Shown here: positions 1 through 13,190 of the stretch, in pieces | Numbering within the stretch: the stretch's first letter is position 1 | How the letters are laid out: each line of letters starts with the position of its first letter | Assembly: GCF_026210795.1 (NCBI RefSeq) | Contig: NC_089430.1 | Coordinates: 1,054,001 to 1,118,000 of the forward strand | DNA from: Rhizophagus irregularis | Taxonomy: Eukaryota | Length of the DNA: 64,000 nt | Direction of reading: 5' to 3' | Notes under the pieces: generated by a model | Told to the model about the DNA's origin: nothing | The model's database searches: none | The model's input: the letters and a program-made list of their open reading frames with translations, nothing else | Program-made: the position numbers and the translations under genes

Positions 1-410
1 CGTCATGTGACGAAGCTTCTTGGAGTTGCTCCTGGAGCGACGATAATTGTTGTTGCAGTTGTTGAACTTGTTGTTGAAGTTCTTGTCGCACCTGAGATTC
101 TTGAGAAGATTTTATAATCGAAAAATCTTCTCGGACTTGTACTTCCTCCTGAAGTTCTTGAACTTCTTGACGTAGTTGAATTATTTCTTCACGAAGTTCC
201 CTGTTTTGAAGAAAAAATTCAGAGGCCACTCGAACTGCCCTTTGTGATAATTTTTGCGTTTCCTTTCCTTCTTCTTTTTCTTTCTTAGATTTGCGAACAA
301 AAAACTGCTTATTATGGTTTTTTTGAGAACTACATTTATTTTTCTTTTTAGTTAGTCTGATACGTTCTCTTGGCGTAGATTTCTGGTTATTGTATTTTTT
401 GTATACCATG
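1..410 (-). pseudogene. Partial Q/E-rich coiled-coil ORF running off the left edge, frameshifted; probably part of an unidentified repeat that interrupts the left arm of element copy A
   Basis: Manual minus-strand translation gives RKSKKEKEGKETQKLSQRAVRVASEFFLQNRELREEIIQLRQEVQELQEE...QQQVQQLQQQL. The upstream ATG near 410 is in another frame. Confidence 0.3.
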
Positions 411-1396
411 ATGACGAGAAAAGAAAGGAGACGAGAAAAATCTTAATTAGGTTACCAGATTTTCAACATTTATGGAAAAAAAAAAAAAAAACTTACAACA
501 ATTTTCTGATGATTTACCAGCCCATCCCGATCCCATAATTCATGATTTTCTTTTAAATTGATAATGAATTTCTTCCCAGAATCGATGTCACCCGTGTCCT
601 GATCATTTGATAGCCACATTTGAGAAGGCTAATACCTTAGCTTTACATGGACTTTGGTTTGTGTCCCTTTCGAGGGCCTACTGTTTTGGTATTACATGGA
701 TGACCAGTTTTTTTCATTTACTAGCGGGTTGGGAGTGAAGTGAAAAGAAAAGATAAAATTTATTTGGCTTTAATTATTTTTCGTGGGAACTCAAAATTTA
801 GTGAGGGAGATTTGATAACGAAGATTATGGCGCAGTAAAAATCACGAGATTCAAAAATCAGATGATCAATTAGTAGATCAATCATTATGTAATCAAATAA
901 TTTTGTAGATCTGATTAACGTTACAATTGTTATTTTTGTTATTTATATTATTTATGTTATTTTTATTATTTTTATTATTTCTTTTATTTATTACATTTAT
1001 TTTATTTACTTTATTTATTTTAGTTATATTATTTTCTTTATATTTTATTTTTATATAAATATCTTTTGATTTTTTTTAAGTTAAAGTGTGTGTCAGTGTG
1101 TCAGATAGATAGAAAATAGATAGTATAAGTTAGGGATTAACTTGTATTAACTATTTAATAAACTCTTATATTAAAAACGAACTGTGATTGTGTTATATTT
1201 TGCATATTGTGTTTTTGCGTGTCTTGCTGATATAAACTACGTTATAGCTATTGACTCCCTAACGTTTAGTTATAGTTGACAGAGTCTGAGACGGACCTGT
1301 TAACACCGGGTAGGAATGCACATATTTGGAAAAAATATATTCAACAATTGAAGATTAGGTAACTATAAATTAGTACTCGATTTGATAGAACAAAAA

Positions 1397-3955
1397 ATGA
1401 CTGCCCAAACTAGCACTCAAGCTCAAGTTATCCCCAAGTTCGGTGAACAGAAGAAGGCTTTTAGTATTGATGAGCTTAAACGGCTCATTAACGCTGCTAA
1501 AAGTATGAGTGACCTTGATCAAGCTAAAGGTTATCTTTGCAGTTACTTTATCCCCTGCTCCAACCTGCATGGAGTCTTCATGTGGCGGTCAGAAATCAAA
1601 AACCTCGAGCACATCCCCGATAAAAATATTAGTAAACTTATCCGTCCAATTACCAAAGTCTTTTACACACAATCCGAACAAGGTCCCTCATAAAAGGTTG
1701 AATTTAATATTAACAAATGGTTTATGATCGAATATAGTACTGTATGTGTAGCTACCTATGACCCTCAAAAATCTCGTATCTTTAAACTAGGTGGCCAACT
1801 TTATCTCAATATCTTCCCAGGATTTCTCTATGTCCTGCGTCCGATATCCACTTTTGAGTCTACAACCCATCAGGCAGTTAAATTTATCTTCTTTCACATT
1901 CAAAATATCTGGTGTTCAGGCAATTGGAATCTTACTGAGTATATCATAAAGTGGTTGGCCAGTGTGGCAGCTGGAAGGAAAATGTATTCGATTCTCTACC
2001 TGAAATCTGGACAGGGTTGGGGTAAGAGTATTATAACAGATTTCATTCAACGTAGTGTTTTAGGTACTCAACTTGTTTATAAGACCAGCGATCCTCAAAC
2101 GATTCTTGGAAGTTTCAATGGGCAATTACAAGGTAAGGTTCTTCTTCTCCTCGAGGAAATGTCTACAGAAAAAAGCCAGTGGAATAATCTGTATCGATCG
2201 TTGAAGGATAAGATAACAGGTGACATAATGGAAATCCATGAAAAATACAAGACGCCAACACATTACAAAAACTTTATATCCACCATTGTACTCACTAATG
2301 AAAATGCTCTCAGAGTGGAGAATGACGATAGGCGCACAGTGTTCTTGGATGTGTCACCATCCCACAAGGGAGACCTCAACTACTTTAAGAAACTTAGTGA
2401 CGCTATGAAATACCCAGGCGCCAGTGAGGCATTCTATGCTTACTTGAGAGCCATTGCAGATGCTTACCCAGACTTCAATGGGAATCCACTACTTATGACA
2501 ACATCTAAGCAGGATCACATCATATCGACTCTTCCACCCCTATTTCAATTCATAAAGGACACTTACCTCATAGTAAAAAATCATATAACCGACCTACCTG
2601 TTCAAGAATTTTATAGGGTATATACTTCATACTGTGAAACTCATTGCATTACATCCCTATCAAAGATAAACGCTTCTAGAATCCTATCAAATGAGTTGGG
2701 TATAAATAGCAGAAAAATACGTGTAGGTAAGGCAACACCACGAGTTTACAGCATATCCAGGGAGGACCTTTACAAGAAGTTTCTCACCAAAAAATAGATC
2801 CACGAAACAGATGAAATCAATATAGAAAAAATAGATGTAGAAACTCCTGAAAAGCCCGCATCTGATCCAAATGCCTTGGTGAAGTTCTTGGCAAATATAT
2901 ATAATCCAGCTAGTAAATCGCAAGTAGATCAAGAGGAAGTGGAGCTAGTTGTTGAGAAACCTGTTGAAGAAAAACCTACTGAAGAGCAACCAGTTGCCAA
3001 AAAGGCTCCTCCACAAGTACCACCTAAACCTGATTGCTTGAAGGTAAAACCTGCACCTGTCATCAAAGAGGATCCTATTCCTGAGGAATCTCCAGCTCCC
3101 ATAGAGTCAGATACTGATGAAATTATAGACAGTTTCTCAGACTGTTATCTATCTGATGAGGAACCTGATCAAGAAAATGAGCCGCCTGCTGAGGAACCTG
3201 CATTTGAAGCTAATGATGACTACGACGTTTTAGATGACTTGCTATCTGACTCAGATCCTACAACTGCAGACCAAGTTCCTGAGCAACAACCCGAGTCTCC
3301 TGCAGAATCTTCTGCAAAATCTGAATCTCTCACAGATTCCAAATCTTCTACAGAACCTGTAGTAGAACTGACTCTCAAAGTGCAACCTATCCCAGAACCC
3401 GACACAGAACTAGAAGTTGACCGGGACCCTGAACCAAAGGAAGGTACTCGAGCACACTGGGCTTGGCATGAAAGGCACCGATGGAATCGTAAGCCATGGG
3501 TCAAGAATTCAAAGGACCAGGTCTTCAATGATCTCTACAATACAGGTAAGGATTTATGGGCTAAGTACCAAAACGCGTCAGACGAGTATGACTGGGAAAT
3601 ACTCGCGTTTGAAGTAGAGGAATGTCCCACAACACGTATTGAGGACAAGTACCAGTTCTACTTTAGGGAGGTAGTAGACCACTTCAAGGACTGGATCAAA
3701 TATAATGGGAACTCACCTAAAACACCTAGCCGTAAAGAACTCACAAATCTAATAAGAGTATACAAGGAGGATCGTGATGCCGAGATTATCCCTACTACCT
3801 CTGGTTATGAAACTATGAAGATGAATAAAGGTAAGATACGAGAAATCCCAGAGGAGCGTCCAAAGACCAATATGGAACGCCAGTGGGAGGCTGCTAATGG
3901 ATTTGTAGACGAGTTGGATATTGATGAGGCCTGTGATATGATTGACTCCTTTTAA
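1397..3955 (+). pseudogene. SF3 (D5-like) helicase with Pro/Glu-rich C-terminal extension; two premature stops
   Basis: Walker A SGQGWGKS, Walker B LLLLEE, motif C IVLTNEN. ORFs 1382-1693, 1724-2797 and 2876-3955 are one frame broken by TAA (1691) and TAG (2795), which are CAA and TGG in copy B. Confidence 0.85.
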
Positions 3956-6052
3956 TAAGATAAGCGCCTCTTAGTTATCTTATATTTTTTATATAAAAAA
4001 CCTATATTACAATTGAATACAATTCATAGTTATATCAAATGGCCTATTCAAAAATTGCACGTGCTTTACCTACAAGACTAGATATCAAAGAACTACAGTA
4101 TTCAGGCGCAAGATTTTCTAGAGGAGCTATTGCCAGACTTGGACAGCAACTCCAATCCCGGTATCCAACTCATAAATTTCAGATTCTGCTCCCCTATGAA
4201 AACTAAAAACCCGGTGGATGGACATCAGGAAACCAACCAGCCAGCCTCTTCTCACTCTTGGACCATTATGATGAAGCACAACTACCAGATAATGCTGATC
4301 CTGATTACTTTGAACGATTCATAATTTATGTGAGAGATGCTCTACCGGTTGCAGGGGGATGTAATGGGGAGCTAAATGATTGCCTGTATGAATGCCTGAA
4401 GCATATCTATGGTATATTCTCTAAAATAACTGAGACTATAAAAAAGCCTGAATATATCAAAAAGGCATTAGGTCTCAATCGTGATGCTCCAGTTCCAGTC
4501 TCATATATGGATAAAGTTGAATAACTTGCAGGAAGCCTTGCACTTAATATTGTAGGGATTCCACTCGAATTTCCAAGAGCAAGTCTGACAGACGTGCAAC
4601 CCTCATCCTGTTTGAAGGCCACTACTCTCTTGCACTGAATCCCGGAAGACTCCACCCTAGTAAATTAGATAGAAAACAAAAGTCTCCCTTTGTTTATCGT
4701 GATGATATGGTTAATAATGTAGTAACAATATACAATGGTAAGACAGTTAAGTCTCTTACAGTTGGACAGTTTCAGAAAGGTAAGAACTCTGATAGTTACT
4801 CCTTCATCTCTATTGAGAAGAATCGTAAAACTGGAATATATGAAACACTTGAGGAAACATACTAGAGGATCCATGAAGAGCGGGATTCCTTCCTACAGGC
4901 TACAAAGAAGTTTGGTCTAGGAATCGACTTATCTTACCACAACTGGTCGTACAAGAGAACTGCTCTCTGGCTTTTTGAACGGTTTAGTGTAGGGGTTCCA
5001 GCCAATGATCCTCTTGACCCTATAGAAGCAGAGTGGATAAGTGATGCTATGATGGGAGGTCATATCTGGGCAGATAATGAATGGAAGGGCTATGGAAGAC
5101 AATACGACGTGACAAGTTTGTATCCAAGTATTCAGCAATCGAATGCAAACTTTCCAATTCGACAAGATAAGTTTCAAATACTCAAAGACTTTGTAGACCA
5201 CAGAGGTTATGCCTTGTATGGATTATTTCGTGCTAAGGTAAGTGGTAATGACATTCTCTTCCGACAGAATAAGAGGGAGTCTATACATTCATTGACTTAC
5301 AACGAGCAAAGAAACTTGGTCTCGATATACAGTTAATCCAGAATGAAAAGCCAAATGCCTTAATATATGACAGAGAAGCAAGAATTCCTGGAATTGTAAT
5401 ATTTGGTGAGTATGTCCACTTTCTCTTCAATATAAAGAACCAGGGTGGCGTGGCCGGTTATGTTGCAAAGAGAGTTCTCAATACACTATGGGGAGCACTC
5501 TGCCAGAGGAAACGCAATTACAAGACACTCACCACAGATCAAACAGATCCATTCAAGTTTCCGGAAGGCCACACACTTGACTCCATCATACCAGTAGGAT
5601 CTGACCAGTGGCAATTCCAATTCACAAACCCAGGTAGTCCCTTCAAGGGTGAGTATCCTAGGATCGCTCCATTCTTATTAGCACATGGACGGAAGATGAC
5701 TTCAGAGTTATTAGAACCATATAAGTAAGGTTGCTTGCCGAAACTAGAGGGTTTCGGCAGAATGGCGTACGCGAAACTGCTGAAACTAGTTTCGCGAAAT
5801 CATCAAGAAATGCCGAAACTGCGAAACCTATCAAAATTGTGAAACTGCCATAACTTGCCGAAACTGTTTCGGCGTTTCGGCAATACTTTCTATATGATTT
5901 AATTAGAGTTTCGGCATTTAAACAATTTATAAGAATAAAGATTAAAGACAATATGAATTTTTGTATGTAAATATTTATTTTATAATATTTAATATTAAAC
6001 TAATAAAATACACGATTAAAAATATAATAAAAATTAAAATTTAATAATATCT

Positions 6053-6979
6053 TTATCTTCTATGTGGGGACCTGCTTCTACCTCTTCTTCTATCTCTACT
6101 TCTGTCCCGTCTTTTATCTCTACTTCTATCTCGTCTTCTATCTCTACTTCTATCTCGTCTTCTATCTCTACTTCTTGATCTACTTCTTGATCAAGACCTA
6201 GATCGCGACCTTCTTCTTTCTCTTCGCAATCTATATTCATATCGACGTCGATCATGCGCAGCATGCTGCCGTCGATACTCTCGTCTAAACAGATCTAAAA
6301 TCCAATAAAAATATTAATGAATTGAATGAATTGCCTAAATAAAATTAATTTAAAATAATAATTAATAATAATTACCGGTTTGTAACCAGAATTCATCATT
6401 CATATCAGCAAAACACGCTCTATCGAAACTATTTGGGCTTATAATAGGAATGTCGTCATCATTATTATTTATTATCCTACTAAAATTTTCATAACCTCGT
6501 TTGAGGGCATTCCATTTTATTTGGCATTGCCTGGGTTAAGGTTGCTTGCCGAAACCTAGGGGTTTAGGCAAGATGGCGTTTCGCCGAAAAGCGAAATTCT
6601 GCCGAAACTATATTAAAGTTATATTAAAAAACTGGCGAAACTTTGGAGAAAGGTGAAACTGCCGAAACTTATTATAAATGCCGAAACTGCCGAAACTCTG
6701 CCTAAACTATAATAAATCTATAGTAAAATTTTGACGAAACTAATCGTAGGATTTTGAAGAGGTTTAGACAAGCAACCTTAGCCTGGGTGTCGCTGCAAAT
6801 CCCGTTGCAACGAACACCCTATTTGCTATTATTGTCCATGCATTTACATGATGACGGTTTGCAATTCTTTCAAATTGCTGATGTAAGTTTCTCCGCTCCG
6901 CGATTAATTGCCTAGCTGCGTTAATCGTCCATTGGAATACTGGTGGTGGCGGTGGGACAAAAGGTACTAATGCTGCCAT
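6053..6979 (-). pseudogene. Myb/SANT-like (trihelix-type) protein with C-terminal RS/RD repeat, carried by hAT copy 1 and disrupted by a MITE
   Basis: WT...QLI..RR......F......W..IA.......TP.QC..KW.ALKR.Y pattern. GT-AG intron 6375-6295. Exon 2 is RS-rich. Confidence 0.7.
6537..6780. mobile_element. hAT-family MITE (244 bp)
   Basis: TIR TAAGGTTGCTTG / CAAGCAACCTTA; 8-bp TSD GCCTGGGT (6529-6536, 6781-6788); near-identical to 44279-44522. Confidence 0.92.
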
Positions 6980-8101
6980 TTTTTATTTTTATGATTTTTT
7001 CGTAACTTGAAATTTGAAAATTAAATACAATTTGAAAATTAAATACAATTTGAAAATTAAAATACAATTTGGTTTTGAATTGCGAAAAAAAAATTCAAAT
7101 TTCATAACATTTATAATAATTTTAAAATTCATTATAATGTTTAAAACATGAACTGATGAACATAATAACATTCTACATAATTAAAGTATTTGTAACAAAA
7201 TAAACACAGTTTTGATTCTAATGTAATAAATTTAATTAACGCAGTTCTAAATTTTTTTTTGTAACGCAGTTCTTAAAATTTATTGATCTAATGTAATAAA
7301 TTTAATTAACGAAGTCCTTAAAACTTATTGATTCTAATATAATATGCTTATCCTTATTTCTTAATTAAATTGCACTATTTTTAAAATATAATATGCTTAT
7401 CCTTATTCCTTAATTAAATTGCAATGTTTTAAAATATAATATAAAATTACAATTGCCTGCATTGCCTGCATAATTATATGTTAACTGGACTTTGATCGCG
7501 AATATTTTGCCCTGCATAATTACATCATTTATTTCCTAAATAGTATCATTATTTAAATCACATGATATTAGAATTAATTCTCATTGGATTAACTATTGTA
7601 ATTATTTCTCATTATTATTATTCCTCATTATCATCATAATTATCATCATTATTATCACCGTCATCCATACCTAATACATCATCTATATTATAATCATAGT
7701 CACCTTCTCCGGGTCTCTTGTTATTACCACTATCATCAACTTCATCATCTTCCGCATTATTTTCATCTGAATCATCCAATATATTTCTTGGAATATCGCC
7801 GATTTCACTAGTAATTGAATCATGCGATAAATTAACAAATTGATCAATCCATAGACTTTCGATTACTACACGGCAATTGTCTTCGGGTATTATTTCACTG
7901 CTTGTAGTTAATCTCTGAGTAGAAGCTTGCTCCTCATTATATTCCTCATCGTCATCTTCTGCAAAAGCTTCTGCAATACGTATATTGATCTCATCATCAC
8001 TAAGACGAGTATTCTTTTTTTGATCAATTATATAAAATCCAAGTTCAGTTTTTGAATTGGATTTCCAATACAAAATTAATTTGCACATGGATTCTAGTTT
8101 A

Positions 8102-10013
8102 TTTTTTTTTTTTTTTTTTAAACAAAGGACAATATTTATTATAAAAGAAAAATATACAAAATTGAACTAATCTAGTTTAAATACAAGATCGAATAAAAAC
8201 TAATAAAAAAAATGGTGACTTAAGAATATATGTTCAAAAGAACTATCTACCGTCATGCCTGCCCAAATACTTTCACATGCATAAGCACCCTACCGGTATT
8301 CGTACATCCTTTGGTGACTAGATCAAAAATATTTTTCTAAAAAAAAAAAACACACTATAAAACAAAAAAAAATTATTCTAAAACCTAAAAAAATTTAGTA
8401 TATCCTAAATTAATTTACGTAAAACATCTAAAATTTCCGCTAAGACCTTTGATCGTGATGTTTTACGGGACTTATCTTTCTTCTGCTTATTATGCTTCTC
8501 AGATTTTGCCTCTTGTGGTTTCTTTTTAGAATTCTTAGAATTCTGTTTACTTTTATCAGTCTGTCGACTTCCTGAAGTTCGTTGCCGGTCCTTGTTGGTA
8601 TTATTACCAAATGACCTTGTTCGTTGCGATGGAGAATCATGTCGATTCCAAGACAGGTGCAATTGCTCCCAATCAAATTGATTATCTAATGCTGTACGCA
8701 TATCAACCCACTTTTCAAAATAACCAATAAGTTTACGATCCCCCCTTGCAGTCTGTATAATTTTAAAGCTTTTCAAACCCTTAATCGCAGAAAGGAATGA
8801 ATGTGGGCAATGGTCTTTCCATAAGGCTGCTATCGTCATCGATTCTGGAATTTTTCGAATTGTAGCTTGGAACTTCTCACGTTGTTTTCTTTCTTTGAGT
8901 GTCCACCTTGCTGGAAACCATCGAACCGGTATCCCCCCTAAATCCGTAGTCCAAACAGGATCATCATTACCTTCGAACTGGGTAAGACGCAAAGAATTTA
9001 ATTCTATCTTCAAACGAACTGTTTGGTATTTCTTTTGTTGTTTCATTTGTAATGAGATAGTATTCCCCCAAAATGTTAACTTTTGCAGAATTTCTTCTGG
9101 CGTCCAGGATACTGGGATATCATAAACCAAAATGTCTCTGACTTGTGATGTACCATCATCACCTGGTTTATGACCTGTAATAACTTGCTGAATTATATTT
9201 TTATTTGACTTCTTTTTTTTATTCGAAGATTTTGTCAAATTAGATAAATTATTATCTGGTTGTTGTAATAGCTGCGGCTGAGGCATTGTAACATCCAGAT
9301 TAGATACTGGTTCTACTGGTGTGACGTCCATATCAAAAGGTTGATCAACATGTGATTGAGATCCAGAGGCATCCGCAATCGACCGATTTATATTAACATC
9401 TTGATCATCACCTATTTGATCATCATCATCAACAGTATTTCGCATATAATCATCTGATTCATCATTTGTTAATGGATCAGAATCAGAATCAACAGTTTGG
9501 TGTTTTTTCTTTTTATTCTTTTTAGCCTTTCTTTTTTTAGACTTATCCTCATGTTTTCTCACAACATTCATTATTTGCTTTCTTTCAGCATATCTCTGTT
9601 GTATCCCATCATATACTGCGTTAAAACCATGAGAAGCAGAGTACATAGCAACATGTAAAAAAAATGAGAAACTTTGAGGAGTCATTTGGTAACGAGAGGC
9701 TCTATTCTCCCAACTGAGTATGTCTTCATTTGTTAATCCAAAATTTGCTTTTAAAATATTATTTTGAACTTCTGTTGAACGTCCCTTAAAAAATGAAGCA
9801 CTAAGACTTTCACAATATTGTATATATTGGAAATATGTAGTTTTTAAAAACCTATTTTCATCACCCATAATAAGCATAGGAAACTTATTTTCGGCTATTT
9901 GTATTTTTCTTGTATCTTCCATTTTAATAAAAAACTGAGTAAAATAAAATTAAAATTTTACTGCGGAATTGTTATGTTTTTTAATTTTTGAAGGAAGAGT
10001 TTTTTTTTTTCTT
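8102..10013 (-). mobile_element. Non-autonomous non-LTR retroposon encoding only a LINE ORF1-like protein
   Basis: 17-bp TSD ACATGGATTCTAGTTTA (8085-8101, 10014-10030); poly(A) tail seen as a T run at 8102-8119; absent from hAT copy 2. Confidence 0.88.
8405..9922 (-). CDS. LINE ORF1-like RNA-binding protein (RRM-like segments, basic low-complexity regions), 505 aa, intact
   Basis: DILVYDIPVSWTPEEILQKLTFWG resembles RAIQVTDIPFFITKPQL.SYFKKFG of the LINE ORF1 at 13866. No RT or endonuclease motifs. Confidence 0.65.
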   Translation of the reverse strand: MEDTRKIQIAENKFPMLIMGDENRFLKTTYFQYIQYCESLSASFFKGRSTEVQNNILKANFGLTNEDILSWENRASRYQMTPQSFSFFLHVAMYSASHGFNAVYDGIQQRYAERKQIMNVVRKHEDKSKKRKAKKNKKKKHQTVDSDSDPLTNDESDDYMRNTVDDDDQIGDDQDVNINRSIADASGSQSHVDQPFDMDVTPVEPVSNLDVTMPQPQLLQQPDNNLSNLTKSSNKKKKSNKNIIQQVITGHKPGDDGTSQVRDILVYDIPVSWTPEEILQKLTFWGNTISLQMKQQKKYQTVRLKIELNSLRLTQFEGNDDPVWTTDLGGIPVRWFPARWTLKERKQREKFQATIRKIPESMTIAALWKDHCPHSFLSAIKGLKSFKIIQTARGDRKLIGYFEKWVDMRTALDNQFDWEQLHLSWNRHDSPSQRTRSFGNNTNKDRQRTSGSRQTDKSKQNSKNSKKKPQEAKSEKHNKQKKDKSRKTSRSKVLAEILDVLRKLI

Positions 10014-12626
10014 ACATGGATTCTAGTTTATCCACATTAAGATTTAAGCGACGTTTATGAAATAGCCATCCTAAAGTCAAAAATCCACGTTCACAAGTTG
10101 CTGAGTTAGGACATATTGCAAATAGATAACTTGCAATTCTTGGCAGGACATCTGGTTCTGGTTCGGTATTAATATATTTCCACCAATTCATGGGATTATC
10201 TTTAGCAAAACCGATATCTAGGTCAAATGGCTCTTGCTCATTAATATATTTCTGTATTTGATCACATAAAGTTTCAGCTTCGTAACGGTCAAAACCTAAA
10301 TTTTTCCCGATTGAAGCTGCACATTTGATAATTCTCATGAGGGCGCATTTTTTAAGTGGCGCGTTTCTAAATCTGGGATCTATAAAAAAACAAGTAATAT
10401 ACTTATCATCATCGAACTCATCAAATCTTTCATTTATTACTTTGATACAATGACTTCAGAATGCAGGATTTAATGACTTTTTTAATGTAGCTGCAAGTCT
10501 TGCCAAACTCAGGAAACAATCTGCAAGTGTAGCTCTTCTCGATTCTAATGAAAGTACCGCTTTTCTTAGAGGATCCAGAACAAATCCAAGAACTCGTAAA
10601 TTTGAAAAAAATTTCTCGATTGAATAATCGGTTTTATTTTATCATTTGTTAGCACTTTATCATGATCGCTGGCCATTTCTTCTAGTGCTGATTTCAAATT
10701 TATTACTGAATTTACGGATTCACTAGCAGTAGTTCAGCGTGTCTTGCAATATAATTTTAATCCTCCTCCACTAATTCCTTTTTCTTTAATTATTTGAGCA
10801 AGTTTTGCATTAGCCTGATGAGAACTTCTAAAAAAGGTTGTCAAAATATTAACACGTTTTAATAAACGTTCCCCAAACTTCTTCTTGACGATGTCGCATG
10901 CAATTAAATTGATAGAATGTGCAACGCATCGCACATTCTCAATCTTTGGATGATTCTCATGTATAATTTTTCATGCATTACGAACATTGGCCGCATTATC
11001 GGAAACTACAGCACATATTCGATCTTCTCCAATACCTTCTATAACCTTTTCAATTACCGTAACTAGATATTCTGCAGTGTGCGAATTTTCAGACAAATCA
11101 GAAAGTTGATAAAGATATTCTTTACGCGACGAAGTCATTACAATGAAGTTCCAAATTGAATGATGTGTACCAGACGTCCAACCATCAAAGGCTAAATTAT
11201 AAATTAATATTATATAGTAAGTAAGATTAAATAAAAATGACGTATGATAGTCTATTTAATTTAACAAACCTAACGTTAAATTCGTTTCCTTTTCAAGCTC
11301 AGAATTAACTTTGAAGTTCACTTGAGCTAATTCACGTTCAAGTAGTTGATTTACTAATACTTCCCTTATTGGTGTATTGTACCCGGCATTAAGCTCTTTT
11401 ATAAAATTGATGAAAAAGGGATGTTCTATTACTCTAAACACAATTCCGCACGCAATAAAAAATTTAACTAATGCACGATTAATTCGTGTACATCTTTGTT
11501 TGTTAAGCTCTGTTGAATTATGGTAATCATCCATGTTACTTTGACCTTCAGAGTATTTTCTTTTTTTGGATGACTTGGACTTATCTTGCTGTTCCATTAC
11601 TTTAGTCATATACCTTCTAACAACTGCTGCTGGCGCATCTGGACAATGGTTTGAAAGATGCTTTTCGAGCTTTGAAACTTTACCGCATGACCATGTATTC
11701 TTACAGTACTTGCAGGAGGCGGCAAATTTGCCAGAACCAACAGCTTCTCCTTTATTAATATCTTCCCAAATGCTATTAGGTGGCCGACCTCCTCTATTTT
11801 TCATTTTAATGGGTGAATCTTCTATGTGATCAGTCATTTGAAACAGTTTATTATTAATATTATTATTAAGAAAACGGAAGAAAGTAAAAGAAACTTTAGT
11901 TCAGTGTTAAAGGAGATGACGGAATTGGGTTTATTAAATGCATGTTACGCATTTTCCTTTAATGAATATAAGCCCCTTAAAGAAAAACTGTAAAAACGTG
12001 TAATATCATAATATTAATATAGGAGTTAGAAATGAAAATTCTAACACTAGATAAAGCTTAAAAGAACTAAGACGACGGTAAAATATTGAAGTTTAATCTT
12101 TTATCTGTAGATTATTTGATCATTTAAATTATATTATTAATTGGTGTAACTTGGCGTAACTATATGCAAATCTTATGATCAACTATGCCAAAATTATGGA
12201 GAAACCTATTATAGAGGTTTCGGCATGTTTCGGCAGTTTCTCAATTTTGACAGGTTTCGGCGTTTCGGCGTTTCGGCACTATATAAGAGGTTTCACCTTT
12301 CAGCATTAGGCCAAACAGGTTTCGGCAAGCAACCTTACATATAAGGATAAAGTATGACGCATCCATACAGATGGATTTATTCTAGAGGAACAGCCAAGTA
12401 GTCCTACACTTATCACTTGTTCAGAAAATGCATCCAAAGCATTGAAAGCTTTCAAGTTTGAAAACGCAGAATACTGCCATGTGAAAAATGCAAACAAGGT
12501 TATCTGGACATGATTGCCAAGAATGCGGTTGGGTTTACAATAGGTATATATATTTTTTCTTGCTTGAATGTAAAGTCAATTTGAATATTCCTATTTATTA
12601 CAAAGTACAAAAAAGTATAAGGAATC

Positions 12627-13097
12627 ATGTCAACATATACCGAATTAGCAAGCATTATTAACAGCACTGACAGCATTAGTGATGAAGTTATTTATGATGC
12701 ATCATGCAATCAGTTCACCATTATCTCTGATGAAACTGTCCTCAAGATTATCCGTGCATTAAAAGACACTATAGTAGTTGCATTAGTATCTGGGTTTAGC
12801 AAAACCAGCTACCTTGTCCAGGATCATGTGAAGTATATCAAGAGAATCCAGACAGCAAAGTCTCCTGTATCATATGTGAAGTTTGTGGCCAGAAAACTCT
12901 TCCCAGATAATGCAGCATATACTGCTAAGATAGCAAAGATTCGTGAATTATACAAGAATAAACAAGCTCTTCTAGACAAACTTGAGGCCCTCTTTGAGTT
13001 GTATTATAATATAATTAAGGACTCATCAACAGGCCCCCCAAAGCGAGCTGTCACTATGAATGAGGCTGAGAAAATCTTAGCAGAACTTCTTGCATAA
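12627..13097 (+). CDS. Hypothetical 156-aa protein of the Polinton-like element (copy A)
   Basis: Intact and near-identical to 34792-35262 in copy B; no motif recognised. Confidence 0.7.
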   Translation: MSTYTELASIINSTDSISDEVIYDASCNQFTIISDETVLKIIRALKDTIVVALVSGFSKTSYLVQDHVKYIKRIQTAKSPVSYVKFVARKLFPDNAAYTAKIAKIRELYKNKQALLDKLEALFELYYNIIKDSSTGPPKRAVTMNEAEKILAELLA

Positions 13098-13190
13098 GCG
13101 GCTCCTGTACAAATTTAGTTTATATTTTTTATCCATTTGTAATGGGCATACAGTAATTGAAGATGGCTATAGTATAAGTAACATAACATC

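Larger units (their letters stand above)
7618..11837 (-). pseudogene. hAT transposase (BED zinc finger, DDE core, C-terminal dimerisation domain, acidic tail), with stops and a retroposon insertion
   Basis: BED finger W..CKYC..HL.NHC; RCVAHSINLI; PNSATCERGF..LGW...KRR..L; intron after NLTL joining to FDGWT. Confidence 0.9.
5726..12337 (-). mobile_element. hAT DNA transposon, copy 1
   Basis: TIRs TAAGGTTGCTTGCCGAAAC / GTTTCGGCAAGCAACCTTA; 8-bp TSD CATATAAG (5718-5725, 12338-12345); many subterminal CCGAAAC repeats. Confidence 0.95.
4039..12513 (+). pseudogene. Protein-primed-type family B DNA polymerase, copy A (frameshifted; split by hAT at 5726-12337)
   Basis: YDVTSLYPS and KRVLNTLWG lie before the insertion; HTDGFIL (catacagatggattt near 12364) lies after it. 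Colinear with copy B 35376-37256. Confidence 0.85.
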
